The notes beneath the pieces were generated by a model. The model was not told where the DNA came from and did not search any database. It saw only the letters and a program-made list of their open reading frames with translations. From Bacteroidales bacterium (lineage in GTDB: Bacteria; Bacteroidota; Bacteroidia; Bacteroidales; WCHB1-69), in the NCBI GenBank assembly GCA_045598105.1, contig JAZLLK010000037.1, positions 34,264 to 98,263 on the forward strand: a stretch of DNA of 64,000 nucleotides. The letters are read 5' to 3'. Positions 41,071-50,904 of this stretch are shown here, one piece after another. Made by a program: the position numbers and the translations under genes. The stretch's first letter is position 1; the number at the start of each line of letters is the position of its first letter.

Positions 41071-42157
41071 TTACGTTGCATGCACGCATCAGCGCTATTT
41101 CCACATGCAAACGTTTATTATTGACATTGGCATATTTAGCCTCACAATCTGAAAATAAGGTAAGCAGGTTAATCAATTGGGTAAGGTTCAACTTTTGAGC
41201 TTGAGTTTCATATTGTCGTTTTACATCTTCGGTAACAAAAAGCAGGGGTAGGGTAGTTACATTTTTACACACACTTAGGTTACGTATGTGTTCACTTAAG
41301 CCGTCAAGAAAATGTTTTCCTTCAAATCCTTTTTCCATTATGCTGTTATACAGCAGCATAGCATTAGCTACATCACCATCTGCAAAATAATCAATCATGT
41401 GAAAAAAGCTATCGGCATCCAGTATATTCAGGTTATCTATTACACTTTCATAAGTGAGGTGCGCATTGGTAAAACTCACCATTTGGTCATACATTGACAG
41501 GGCATCTCTTAAACCGCCATCGGCCTTTTGTGCTATTACCTGCAAGGCTTTCTTTTCATATTCTACCTGCTCTTTTTCAGATATACGCACCAAATGATTC
41601 ACCATATCATCTATACCTATACGCTTAAAATCAAATACCTGACAACGTGATAATATGGTAGGCATTATTTTATGTTTTTCTGTGGTAGCCATAATGAATT
41701 TAGCGTATGCGGGAGGCTCTTCCAATGTTTTCAAAAAAGCATTAAAAGCTGCATCGGTCAGCATGTGCACCTCATCTATAATGTACACTTTATACTGAGC
41801 TCCGGTAGGGGGAATACGTACCTGTTCTACCAGCTCACGCATTTTGTCCACACCGTTATTGGAAGCGGCATCCAACTCAAATATATTGAACGATGCCGAG
41901 GCACCAAACGACTTACACGATTCACATTCCCCACAGGCTTCACCCTCTGGGGTACGATGTGTACAATTGATAGTTTTGGCAAATATACGGGCACAAGTGG
42001 TTTTACCTACACCTCGCGGTCCGCAAAATAGAAATGCCTGACCTATTTGCTGCTTGAGAATAGAATTCTTCAAAGTGGTGGTAATAGCTTCCTGACCTAC
42101 CACCGAATCAAATGTATGTGGACGATACTTTCGTGCCGAAACTACAAAATTGTCCAT
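41051..42157 (-). CDS. dnaX: DNA polymerase III subunit gamma/tau (gamma-length ORF)
   Basis: ARKYRP, GPRGVGKTT, IIDEVHML, ILSRC. Confidence 0.95.
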   Translation of the reverse strand: MDNFVVSARKYRPHTFDSVVGQEAITTTLKNSILKQQIGQAFLFCGPRGVGKTTCARIFAKTINCTHRTPEGEACGECESCKSFGASASFNIFELDAASNNGVDKMRELVEQVRIPPTGAQYKVYIIDEVHMLTDAAFNAFLKTLEEPPAYAKFIMATTEKHKIMPTILSRCQVFDFKRIGIDDMVNHLVRISEKEQVEYEKKALQVIAQKADGGLRDALSMYDQMVSFTNAHLTYESVIDNLNILDADSFFHMIDYFADGDVANAMLLYNSIMEKGFEGKHFLDGLSEHIRNLSVCKNVTTLPLLFVTEDVKRQYETQAQKLNLTQLINLLTLFSDCEAKYANVNNKRLHVEIALMRACNVNKVRQA

Positions 42158-42174
42158 AATATTATGTTATTTAG

Positions 42175-42663
42175 TTATTTTGATTGTAGTTTATTATTGG
42201 CATCTATCACCTTCTTCTTCAGTGATTCTTTAAAATCCAGCAATTTGGCATATAGCTGCTCATCACCGGTGGCTATCATTTGGACCGCCAATATAGCCGC
42301 ATTGCGGGCATTATTGAGGGCCACGGTAGCTACAGGTATGCCTGAAGGCATTTGTAATATGGATAATACGGAATCCCATCCGTCCATGGAATTAGATGAT
42401 TTAATAGGAACACCTATTACCGGTATAGCCGTATATGCTGCTACCACACCGGGAAGATGTGCGGCTCCACCGGCACCGGCTATTATTACCTTAGTACCTT
42501 TGGCTTTGGCATTTTTGGCAAATTCCATTACCAATTCAGGCGTACGATGTGCCGACAATGCATAATAGTCACAATCTATACCCATTTCACTCAAAAACTT
42601 AACTGCATCTTCCATAATCGGAAAATCGGAAGTGCTGCCCATAATAATACTTACTGTTGCCAT
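42175..42663 (-). CDS. purE: N5-carboxyaminoimidazole ribonucleotide mutase
   Basis: IMGSTSD, SAHRTP, AGGAAHLPG, QMPSGIPVATV. Confidence 0.96.
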   Translation of the reverse strand: MATVSIIMGSTSDFPIMEDAVKFLSEMGIDCDYYALSAHRTPELVMEFAKNAKAKGTKVIIAGAGGAAHLPGVVAAYTAIPVIGVPIKSSNSMDGWDSVLSILQMPSGIPVATVALNNARNAAILAVQMIATGDEQLYAKLLDFKESLKKKVIDANNKLQSK

Positions 42664-42679
42664 ATATATATATTTTATG

Positions 42680-43600
42680 TTATTCTTTTGGTAAAGATTT
42701 GAATCCCAAACCCATAATTTCAGAACTTTCTATTATATTTATAAATGCATTTTCATCCAAATGCCTTAAATCTGATTTTAACTTCACCAACTCGGAACGA
42801 TTAAGGGTAACATATATTATTTTTCTTTCTGCTCCCTGATATAAGCCGTTACCTGTAAGACAGGTGCCGCCACGCTGCAAATTATTAATAATATAATCAC
42901 GAACATCTTCCACCTTATCGGTAATAATAAGCGCTGTTTTATATGATTTAACACCATCTACTATCATATCTATTACCTTGCTTTCTATGAATATAAGCAG
43001 TATGGAGTATATGGGCAAACGCAACTGCTTAAATGCTATTAATGAGGTAAGGGTAATACAGCTGTCTACTATCATTACCAATGTACCTAACGACACCTTG
43101 GTGTATTTATGCAATATCATGGATATAATGTCACTGCCGCCACTGGTAGCCCCCGATTTAAATACCATACCTATGGCTACACCATATATAAGACCGGCTA
43201 CCAATGTGTTAAGAAAATAATCAGGTACAAAACTCAAATTCTTTACCGGCTCGGTAAGCAATCCGTCATGTATTACAGGCTCATATCCCCAAAATGTTTC
43301 CAATACCCATGTAAATGTAAATATTAAAATGGTGGAAAGCACGGTTTTAAATCCGAACTTGGGCCCCAATATCCAGGTACCTATAAGCAATAGAGGAATA
43401 TCCATGCATATGGCATAATAACTTATTTTCCAAGGCCACACGGTATTCAGCACGTTCGATAAACCGTATGTTCCCCCGGGTGCCAGTAAATAGGGATTTA
43501 CAAACATCACATCGCCTACGGCAAATAAAAAACTGCCCAATACCAAATACATATAAGCTATCACAACTTCTTTGGTAAATTTTCCTTTATTTTCTAACAT
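42680..43600 (-). CDS. YitT-family membrane protein
   Basis: LAPGG, ATSGGSD, C-terminal DENAFI DUF2179-like tail. Confidence 0.88.
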   Translation of the reverse strand: MLENKGKFTKEVVIAYMYLVLGSFLFAVGDVMFVNPYLLAPGGTYGLSNVLNTVWPWKISYYAICMDIPLLLIGTWILGPKFGFKTVLSTILIFTFTWVLETFWGYEPVIHDGLLTEPVKNLSFVPDYFLNTLVAGLIYGVAIGMVFKSGATSGGSDIISMILHKYTKVSLGTLVMIVDSCITLTSLIAFKQLRLPIYSILLIFIESKVIDMIVDGVKSYKTALIITDKVEDVRDYIINNLQRGGTCLTGNGLYQGAERKIIYVTLNRSELVKLKSDLRHLDENAFINIIESSEIMGLGFKSLPKE

Positions 43601-44091
43601 ATAAACCGACTAAAATTTGTGTTATTTAACTATTATTCTTATTATTATAATAACTTACATCCATCATGCATAAGAATGCAAAGATAATAATTTTTCCCAT
43701 ACCAAAGCCCGCTTTTGCCCATAAAAAGTAGGGGAGCGCGTCCACATAACACTGCCCCAATACGTTTTTGACATATAAATAAAAAAAATAGCTGCAGCGT
43801 CCCATGTTTTCCACATACTACAACTATAATTGCGTATTTATAAATATCTGTATTTTAATATATTGTAAATAAATTTTGACAAATAGTGTCAATTTTTTAA
43901 TATTATAAAAATGAATTATTTTTCATGTTTATTTTACTAATACACTCATAGACACTATTTTACATTTTTACCTATTTGACAGGTAATCATATACTCTATA
44001 GAAACAAATGCTCCTATACCCTTAATGCATAACTCAACCCTACTATATTATTACATAATAATAATCAGCTTGTTGCATATCAACTATGGCG

Positions 44092-45885
44092 TTAATCTAT
44101 TTTGAGTACGGCTAAAAATGCCGACTGCGGAACCTCTACATTACCTATTTGACGCATACGTTTTTTACCGCGTTTCTGCTTTTCCAGCAGCTTACGTTTA
44201 CGGGTAATATCACCACCGTAACATTTGGCTGTAACATCCTTACGGACAGCCTTAATGGTTTCCCTGGCTATTATTTTTCCGCCTATGGCGGCTTGTATGG
44301 CTATGTCAAACTGATGACGGGGTATAAGTTCCTTCAGCTTTTCACACATACGACGACCAAATTCATACGCATGGTCCACATGTATAAGCGTAGATAAGGC
44401 ATCTACCGACTCCCCGTTGAGCAATATGTCTAATTTGGCCAGCTTGGCTTCCCTATATCCGTTTACAAAATAGTCAAATGAAGCATAGCCCTTAGAACAA
44501 CTCTTCAACTTATCATAAAAGTCAAATACTATTTCCCCTAAAGGTAAATCAAAGGTGAGCTCGGTACGATTGGTGGTAAGATATACCTGCGATTTAAGCG
44601 TTCCACGCTTATCCAGACACAATTTCATTATAGGCCCTATAAATTCCGACTTGGTAATAATTTGAGCCGATATAAAAGGTTCTTCTATATGATCTATATT
44701 GTTTACCGGCGGCATACCCGACGGATTGTGCACATCCATGGTTTCATGCTTGGTGGTAATTACCTTATACGACACATTGGGAACCGTGGTAATAACATCC
44801 ATATCAAATTCCCTGTCAAGCCTTTCCTGTATTATTTCCATGTGCAGCAAACCCAAGAATCCGCATCGGAACCCAAACCCCAACGCAGCCGAAGACTCCG
44901 GATCAAAAGTAAGAGAGGCATCATTGAGCTGCAATTTTTCAAGCGATGCCCTCAATTCCTCATAATCATCTGCCTCTACAGGATATATACCTGCAAAAAG
45001 CATGGGCTTTACTTCGGAAAATCCCGATATGGCCTCTTCACACGGCCTGTCCACATGGGTAATAGTATCACCCACACTTACCTCCTTGGCATTCTTTATG
45101 CCGGATATAATATAACCCACATCACCGGCTTTGAGCACTTTTCGCGGCTGCGGCGTAAGCCCCAGCACTCCTATTTCATCAGCATGATACTCCTTGCCAC
45201 TGGCTACAAATTTTACAAAATCATTGGTGTGTAATTCACCATTAAGTATGCGAAAATATGCATATATACCTCTAAAAGAGTTGAATACAGAGTCAAATAT
45301 AAGTGCCTGCAGTGGAGCAGTGCTGTCACCTTCAGGGCAGTGTATACGCTCCACTATAGCCTCCAATACCTTATCCACACCTTCACCTGTTTTGGCACTT
45401 ACGGCCAAAATTTCATCATGGTCACAGCCTAAAAGATCTACTATTTGGTCTTTTACCTCCTCGGGCATGGCACTGGGCATGTCCATTTTATTCAGTATGG
45501 GAATAATATCCAAATTATGATCTATAGCCTGGTAAAGATTTGATATGGTTTGCGCCTGTATACCCTGCGTAGCATCTACAACCAGCAAAGCCCCTTCACA
45601 GGCAGCTATGGAACGACTTACCTCATACGAAAAATCTACGTGCCCCGGAGTGTCTATTAAATTAAGTATGTATTCTTCACCCTTGTAATGATAAGTCATT
45701 TCTATGGCATGACTCTTAATGGTAATGCCTTTTTCACGCTCCAAATCCATGTCATCCAGCAGCTGATTTTGAAAATCACGCTCATTTACCGCACCCGTAT
45801 ATTGCAATAAACGATCTGCCAAGGTACTTTTACCATGGTCTATATGAGCTATAATGCAAAAATTTCTTATATTCTTCATGTGCAC
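44092..45885 (-). CDS. lepA: Elongation factor 4
   Basis: [39 protein letters not shown]. Confidence 0.98.
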   Translation of the reverse strand: MHMKNIRNFCIIAHIDHGKSTLADRLLQYTGAVNERDFQNQLLDDMDLEREKGITIKSHAIEMTYHYKGEEYILNLIDTPGHVDFSYEVSRSIAACEGALLVVDATQGIQAQTISNLYQAIDHNLDIIPILNKMDMPSAMPEEVKDQIVDLLGCDHDEILAVSAKTGEGVDKVLEAIVERIHCPEGDSTAPLQALIFDSVFNSFRGIYAYFRILNGELHTNDFVKFVASGKEYHADEIGVLGLTPQPRKVLKAGDVGYIISGIKNAKEVSVGDTITHVDRPCEEAISGFSEVKPMLFAGIYPVEADDYEELRASLEKLQLNDASLTFDPESSAALGFGFRCGFLGLLHMEIIQERLDREFDMDVITTVPNVSYKVITTKHETMDVHNPSGMPPVNNIDHIEEPFISAQIITKSEFIGPIMKLCLDKRGTLKSQVYLTTNRTELTFDLPLGEIVFDFYDKLKSCSKGYASFDYFVNGYREAKLAKLDILLNGESVDALSTLIHVDHAYEFGRRMCEKLKELIPRHQFDIAIQAAIGGKIIARETIKAVRKDVTAKCYGGDITRKRKLLEKQKRGKKRMRQIGNVEVPQSAFLAVLKID

Positions 45886-45888
45886 CTT

Positions 45889-47244
45889 TTATAATTCGGG
45901 ATGTATGCCGGTATAGTTATGCGGAGTAATGGCCTTCAATTCTTTCTTTACAGCTTTGCTCACATTAAGTGTATCTATAAATTCATGTATTGCCTCTTTG
46001 GTAATATGTGCTTTACCTCTGGTTAAATTCTTTAAAGCTTCATATGGCTGAGGATACTGCTCCCTGCGTAATATGGTTTGTATAGCTTCAGCCACTACAG
46101 CCCAATTCCTTTCCAAATCATTGTATATTGCCGTCTCATTAAGTAACAACTTATTCATACCACGTATCAAACTGTTAATGGCTATAATAGAATGTGCCAT
46201 GGGTACCCCTATATTACGGGTTACCGTGCTGTCAGTTAAATCCCTTTGCATACGTGACACCGGCAACTTGGCCGATAACCCCTGAAATAACGCATTGGCT
46301 ATGCATATATTTCCCTCCGAATTTTCAAAATCAATAGGATTTACCTTATGAGGCATAGCCGATGAACCAACCTCTCCCACCTTTACCTGCTGACGAAAAT
46401 ATTCCATAGATATATATGTCCACATATCACGGTCTAAATCCAATAATATGGTGTTAATACGCTTAATACCATCAAAGTAAGCAGCCATATTGTCATAATG
46501 TTCTATTTGGGTAGTAGTGTGCAATCGCTTTAGCTTTAGACTGTTTTTAAGGAATTTATCACCAAATTTTACCCAATCTATAGCAGGATACGCCACATGA
46601 TGAGCATTAAAATTACCCGTGGCTCCGCCAAACTTACCGCAAAAAGGAATATCTTTCAGCAATGCCCACTGACTTTCAATACGTTCCACATACACATATA
46701 ACTCCTTACCCAAATTAGTGGGCGATGCAGGCTGCCCATGCGTGTGCGCCAGCATAGATATGTGCTGCCATTCTTTTACCTTAGCCTTTAATAAATCCAA
46801 TAACCTGCTATACATGGGTGTATACACCTCCTCATGACAAGCCTTGAGCAAATAGGGCAGGGCAGTATTGTTAATATCCTGTGAAGTAAGACCAAAATGT
46901 ATGAATTCCTTATACTCCGACATACCCATAGCATCAAACCGCTCCTTCAAAAAATATTCTACGGCCTTTACATCATGATTAGTCGTTTTTTCTATTTCCT
47001 TAATGCGTAACGCATCCTTTTCGGAAAACTCAACTACTATGTTTCTTAAACGGGAATAATAGGCTTTATCCACTTTTTCCAACTGAGGTAAAGGTAACTT
47101 ACACAAGGAAATAAAGTACTCAACTTCAACCTTTACTCTGGCTTTAATAAGAGCATACTCCGAAAAATATTCGGTGAGAGATTCTACCGTTTTAAAATAA
47201 CGCCCGTCTAATGGTGATATGGCTGTCAATGTGTTCAATTGCAT
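45889..47244 (-). CDS. purB: Adenylosuccinate lyase
   Basis: SPLDGRY, TNHDVKAVEY, GSSAMPHKVNPIDFENSE; promoter TACCTTTG at 47274-47281 (minus strand). Confidence 0.97.
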   Translation of the reverse strand: MQLNTLTAISPLDGRYFKTVESLTEYFSEYALIKARVKVEVEYFISLCKLPLPQLEKVDKAYYSRLRNIVVEFSEKDALRIKEIEKTTNHDVKAVEYFLKERFDAMGMSEYKEFIHFGLTSQDINNTALPYLLKACHEEVYTPMYSRLLDLLKAKVKEWQHISMLAHTHGQPASPTNLGKELYVYVERIESQWALLKDIPFCGKFGGATGNFNAHHVAYPAIDWVKFGDKFLKNSLKLKRLHTTTQIEHYDNMAAYFDGIKRINTILLDLDRDMWTYISMEYFRQQVKVGEVGSSAMPHKVNPIDFENSEGNICIANALFQGLSAKLPVSRMQRDLTDSTVTRNIGVPMAHSIIAINSLIRGMNKLLLNETAIYNDLERNWAVVAEAIQTILRREQYPQPYEALKNLTRGKAHITKEAIHEFIDTLNVSKAVKKELKAITPHNYTGIHPEL

Positions 47245-47467
47245 ATACTGAATATTTTTTTATTATAAACATGCAAAGGTAACATTTTTTTTGGGATATT
47301 TCCATGTTTTAAGGTGCTGTATACATATTTTTTTTCACCGCCTGCAGCCCGGAACATCGGTTTTTTTCGCTTACGCAAAAAAAAACTGACATATTATATT
47401 TTTTATACACACAAAAAATAATTATACGCCTTATTACCAATAAAACACACCACTTTTTAAAAATCTT

Positions 47468-47495
47468 AGTTTACATAATATAAATTATGTAACAA
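47468..47495 (-). other. dif-like XerCD recombination site
   Basis: Minus strand reads TTGTTACATAA-TTTATA-TTATGTAAACT, an 11-6-11 layout; right arm identical to the B. subtilis dif XerD-type arm; intergenic. Confidence 0.75.
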
Positions 47496-47505
47496 AGTGG
47501 AAATA

Positions 47506-48003
47506 TTAAAAAAAATCATTAGGATTTTGCATATTTTTCATGGTTTCGGATTTTTTTTGCACGAATTTATCAAACTTTTTCTTAAGCCTGTATCCGTATA
47601 TACATGCACCTAATGCAAATCCGCAAAGGTATTTAATATCATTCCATATTGAAAAATCTGCACAATATGTAGTAACAATCATCCGCTTGAGACATGTAAT
47701 TGCCAAATTCAATAGCATTTAGATGATACTGCTTAATAACTTTTAAGATAGGATTATTATTAAGCAAATTATCCGGATTAACCGTAGAAGCAAAAGGTTT
47801 TTTAACACCTTTGTCTCTCCAATACGACCAAACACGACCACCTTTTGATACCTCAGCTGTTGTATCTACATATTTTTCCATTCTACCCTACAATTAGTTT
47901 TCTTGTTGCTTTTCCTTTTACGGGTCTTAAATTGGAAAATGCTTTTTTCTGACAAAGTCTGCTCCCGTTTTTTTACATCTGCAATAGGTTTCTTTAACTT
48001 CAT
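47506..48003 (-). pseudogene. Fragmented gene resembling a polyvalent-protein (LPD1-associated) domain
   Basis: Short broken ORFs; HLNAIEFGNYMSQAD resembles the recalled EFGNW-x-x-Q motif. Confidence 0.4.
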
Positions 48004-48122
48004 GTGTTTATGTTTTTCAATTATAAAAAAAAATTTTCATTTTTTTCGTTTTGTATTGTTTTTTATTGTACTTTTGCATGTACATCCGCTTCGGGATTTA
48101 GTCCTTTGTGCGGGTGTTTTTT

Positions 48123-48551
48123 TTATACTATATTATACAATTCTAAATAGTTATCATTATCCTCACCTATTTTACTATTATCCAAAACAACTAATTCTAT
48201 ACGTCTTTTTCCTGCAATAATACAATAACCTATAATCTTAAAACAAGCATAGAATTTTTTACTTTGCCATCCACTTTTAATATTTTTATCAATATAAAAA
48301 GGCTTAAAATTTTCAACTGCTAATTTCAAATTCAATGCGTTAATTGTACTTTTATAGCTTCTACAAGCAATATAAGAAATATGCTTTACGCTTTGCTTTG
48401 ATATTGCTATATCACAATTTAAGTACTTATTATAATAAGTTTTACCTACATGAATAGATAATTTTTCTGTAAGCAATAAACGCCTACAACTTTTTGCTTC
48501 ATTACTATTACCTTTAGGTATATCAAAATTATTATAACAATCTAACCTCAT
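48123..48551 (-). CDS. Hypothetical protein, possibly LPD3/BECR-like
   Basis: VGKTYYNKYLNCDIAISKQSVKH pattern; AT-rich with codon usage unlike host genes. Confidence 0.4.
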   Translation of the reverse strand: MRLDCYNNFDIPKGNSNEAKSCRRLLLTEKLSIHVGKTYYNKYLNCDIAISKQSVKHISYIACRSYKSTINALNLKLAVENFKPFYIDKNIKSGWQSKKFYACFKIIGYCIIAGKRRIELVVLDNSKIGEDNDNYLELYNIV

Positions 48552-48790
48552 ACTATAACCTTGCCTTAGTGTATTCTAAAGTTATTTTACTCGCTAAGTC
48601 TGCATCAACCTGCGATACTCCGTACTTACCCGTAAGCAACTGTAAGATATTCAAGTAAAACCATTACAACTATATAAAACACACGTATTTGTATTTTTTT
48701 ATATGCTGTTCGTAAAAAAAAATGCGGCATATCACTTTTATATAATAAAAAATACTATCTTTGTATCCGCAACTATAAACAAACATTCTT

Positions 48791-49099
48791 ATGAAAAAGT
48801 TCATTATTATTATGGCCGCATGGGCCATGGTAACTGCTTGTGGCAGTTGCCAAAAAGACAAATGCCAGGGTTCACTCATACTGGTGAACACACAGGATGA
48901 ATCCGTTAATTACAAAGTTACTGACACCGAAAATCCGGACCCCAAACACACCTATCAGGGCAACATCATGAGTCAAAAATCTGCGGTATTACACCGCATA
49001 GAAGCTCCTACCGACTACGTGTGCGAATGCTCCTGTGAGGACAATAATGTACAATATGTACATTTGTCCTGTGTAGAAACTAAAACGGTAAAATTCTAA
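48791..49099 (+). CDS. Small Cys-rich lipoprotein
   Basis: Signal peptide with lipobox VTAC; TATCTTTG promoter element upstream. Confidence 0.65.
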   Translation: MKKFIIIMAAWAMVTACGSCQKDKCQGSLILVNTQDESVNYKVTDTENPDPKHTYQGNIMSQKSAVLHRIEAPTDYVCECSCEDNNVQYVHLSCVETKTVKF

Positions 49100-49125
49100 A
49101 TTTCTGTGTGTTAATGGCATAGTCT

Positions 49126-49163
49126 AGGTATGGGAATACGCCTTATGGTATATTCCCATACCT
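49126..49163. terminator. Hairpin between the convergent lipoprotein and fba genes
   Basis: 13-bp stem AGGTATGGGAATA/TATTCCCATACCT followed by TATTTT. Confidence 0.55.
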
Positions 49164-49269
49164 TATTTTGTCCGCACCTGCATTATAACAATTATAATGC
49201 CTTGCGAAAAAAAATAAGCCCGAATAGCCGTTCCGGCCTTCGGACTTATATATTCACAATGGGTATCCC

Positions 49270-50241
49270 CTATTCTACTCTATTGGCACTGCCTAACACA
49301 TTGATAATTTTGTGTTTATATAATTCCTTCAGTTTTTCACGGGCAGGTCCTAAATATTTACGGGGATCAAATTCTCCCGGATTTTCAGCCAATACTTTTC
49401 TTACGGCAGCCGTCATAGCCAAGCGACCGTCGGAATCTATATTAATTTTGCATACAGCCGAGGTAGCAGCTCTACGCAACTGTTCTTCAGGAACACCGGC
49501 AGAATTTTCTATTTTACCGCCATATTGGTTTATTTCAGCCACTATATCCTGCGGTACCGAAGATGAACCATGTAATACTATGGGGAAACCGGGAATACGT
49601 TTTTCCACCTCTTCCAATATGTCAAAACGCAAAGGAGGAATAGCTTCACCGGGCTTAACCTTGAATTTAAATGCACCATGTGATGTGCCTATGGATATGG
49701 CCAGTGAATCTACGCCGGTACGCTTTACAAAATCTTCCACCTCTTCAGGACGCGTGTAGGTGTGCTTTTCGGCAGTTACCTCATCTTCTATGCCTGCCAG
49801 CACTCCTAATTCACCCTCTACGGTAACATCATACTGATGAGCATATTCCACCACCTTTTTGGTTAATGCTATGTTCTCTTCATAGCTCAAATGTGAACCA
49901 TCTATCATTACCGATGAAAAACCGGTTTCTATACATGATTTACACAATTCAAAACTGTCACCATGATCCAAATGTAATACTATAGGAATATCACAACCCA
50001 ATTCATGCGCATATTCGGTAGCACCTTTAGCCATGTTTTTTAATAAATTTTGATTAGCATACTTTCTGGCACCGCTTGATACCTGCAGTATAACAGGTGA
50101 TTTGGTTTCCACACAAGCCATAATAATGGCTTGTAACTGCTCCAGATTGTTAAAATTAAAAGCCGGAATGGCATACTTGCCTGCCATGGCCTTTTTGAAA
50201 ATTTCTCTTGAATTTACTAAACCTAATTCTTTATATGTCAT
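49270..50241 (-). CDS. fba: Class II fructose-1,6-bisphosphate aldolase
   Basis: VLHLDHG, VEGELG, GTSHGAFK, VLHGSS; promoter TAATTTTG at 50274-50281 (minus strand) implies start 50241. Confidence 0.95.
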   Translation of the reverse strand: MTYKELGLVNSREIFKKAMAGKYAIPAFNFNNLEQLQAIIMACVETKSPVILQVSSGARKYANQNLLKNMAKGATEYAHELGCDIPIVLHLDHGDSFELCKSCIETGFSSVMIDGSHLSYEENIALTKKVVEYAHQYDVTVEGELGVLAGIEDEVTAEKHTYTRPEEVEDFVKRTGVDSLAISIGTSHGAFKFKVKPGEAIPPLRFDILEEVEKRIPGFPIVLHGSSSVPQDIVAEINQYGGKIENSAGVPEEQLRRAATSAVCKINIDSDGRLAMTAAVRKVLAENPGEFDPRKYLGPAREKLKELYKHKIINVLGSANRVE

Positions 50242-50420
50242 AACTGATATTTTTTGTGCTTTTTCAATTTTTGCAAAATTACCACTTTTAAATTGATTTA
50301 TACTTACCAAACGCTTAAAAAATAGTTTTTTTTATTTTTTTCCCTTATTATTATACCCTATATGAGCTCATGCTCAAATAAAAATAGTACCTTTGCATTT
50401 TATTAACAACATTTAAAAAT

Positions 50421-50894
50421 ATGATACAAAGAATTCAATCATTGTTACTTGTATTGGCAGCCGCCTGCTTTATAGCTGCCTGTTTCCTGCCACTGGGCAC
50501 TATCACCACCGATTACGCATTGTATGAATATAATGCATGGTCACTCCATGACTGCACTCCGGATGCACAAGTAATACATCAAAACTATATTATAGGTTTA
50601 ATTGATTGCATATTAGCAGCATTGGCACTGGTTACCGTGTTTCTGTATCGTAAACGTCCTCTCCAATGTAAATTGTGCCTGGCCGGCATGTTCTTAAATT
50701 TGCTGCTCATAGTACTCATAAGTATGGTATTTCCTGATTGGATATACAAAAAAATGGACATAATTAACGGCAACGAAATGGTTATGTCTATGTGGGCAAT
50801 GCTGTCTATTATACCGGCTTTGCTTTTCTACCTGGCCGAAAAGTTCATTACCCGTGATGAAAAACTGGTTAGAGCAGCTGACCATTTACGCTAA
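50421..50894 (+). CDS. DUF4293-family membrane protein
   Basis: MIQRIQS start and DEKLVRAADHLR end; promoter TACCTTTG at 50388. Confidence 0.85.
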   Translation: MIQRIQSLLLVLAAACFIAACFLPLGTITTDYALYEYNAWSLHDCTPDAQVIHQNYIIGLIDCILAALALVTVFLYRKRPLQCKLCLAGMFLNLLLIVLISMVFPDWIYKKMDIINGNEMVMSMWAMLSIIPALLFYLAEKFITRDEKLVRAADHLR

Positions 50895-50904
50895 ATAATA
50901 CATC

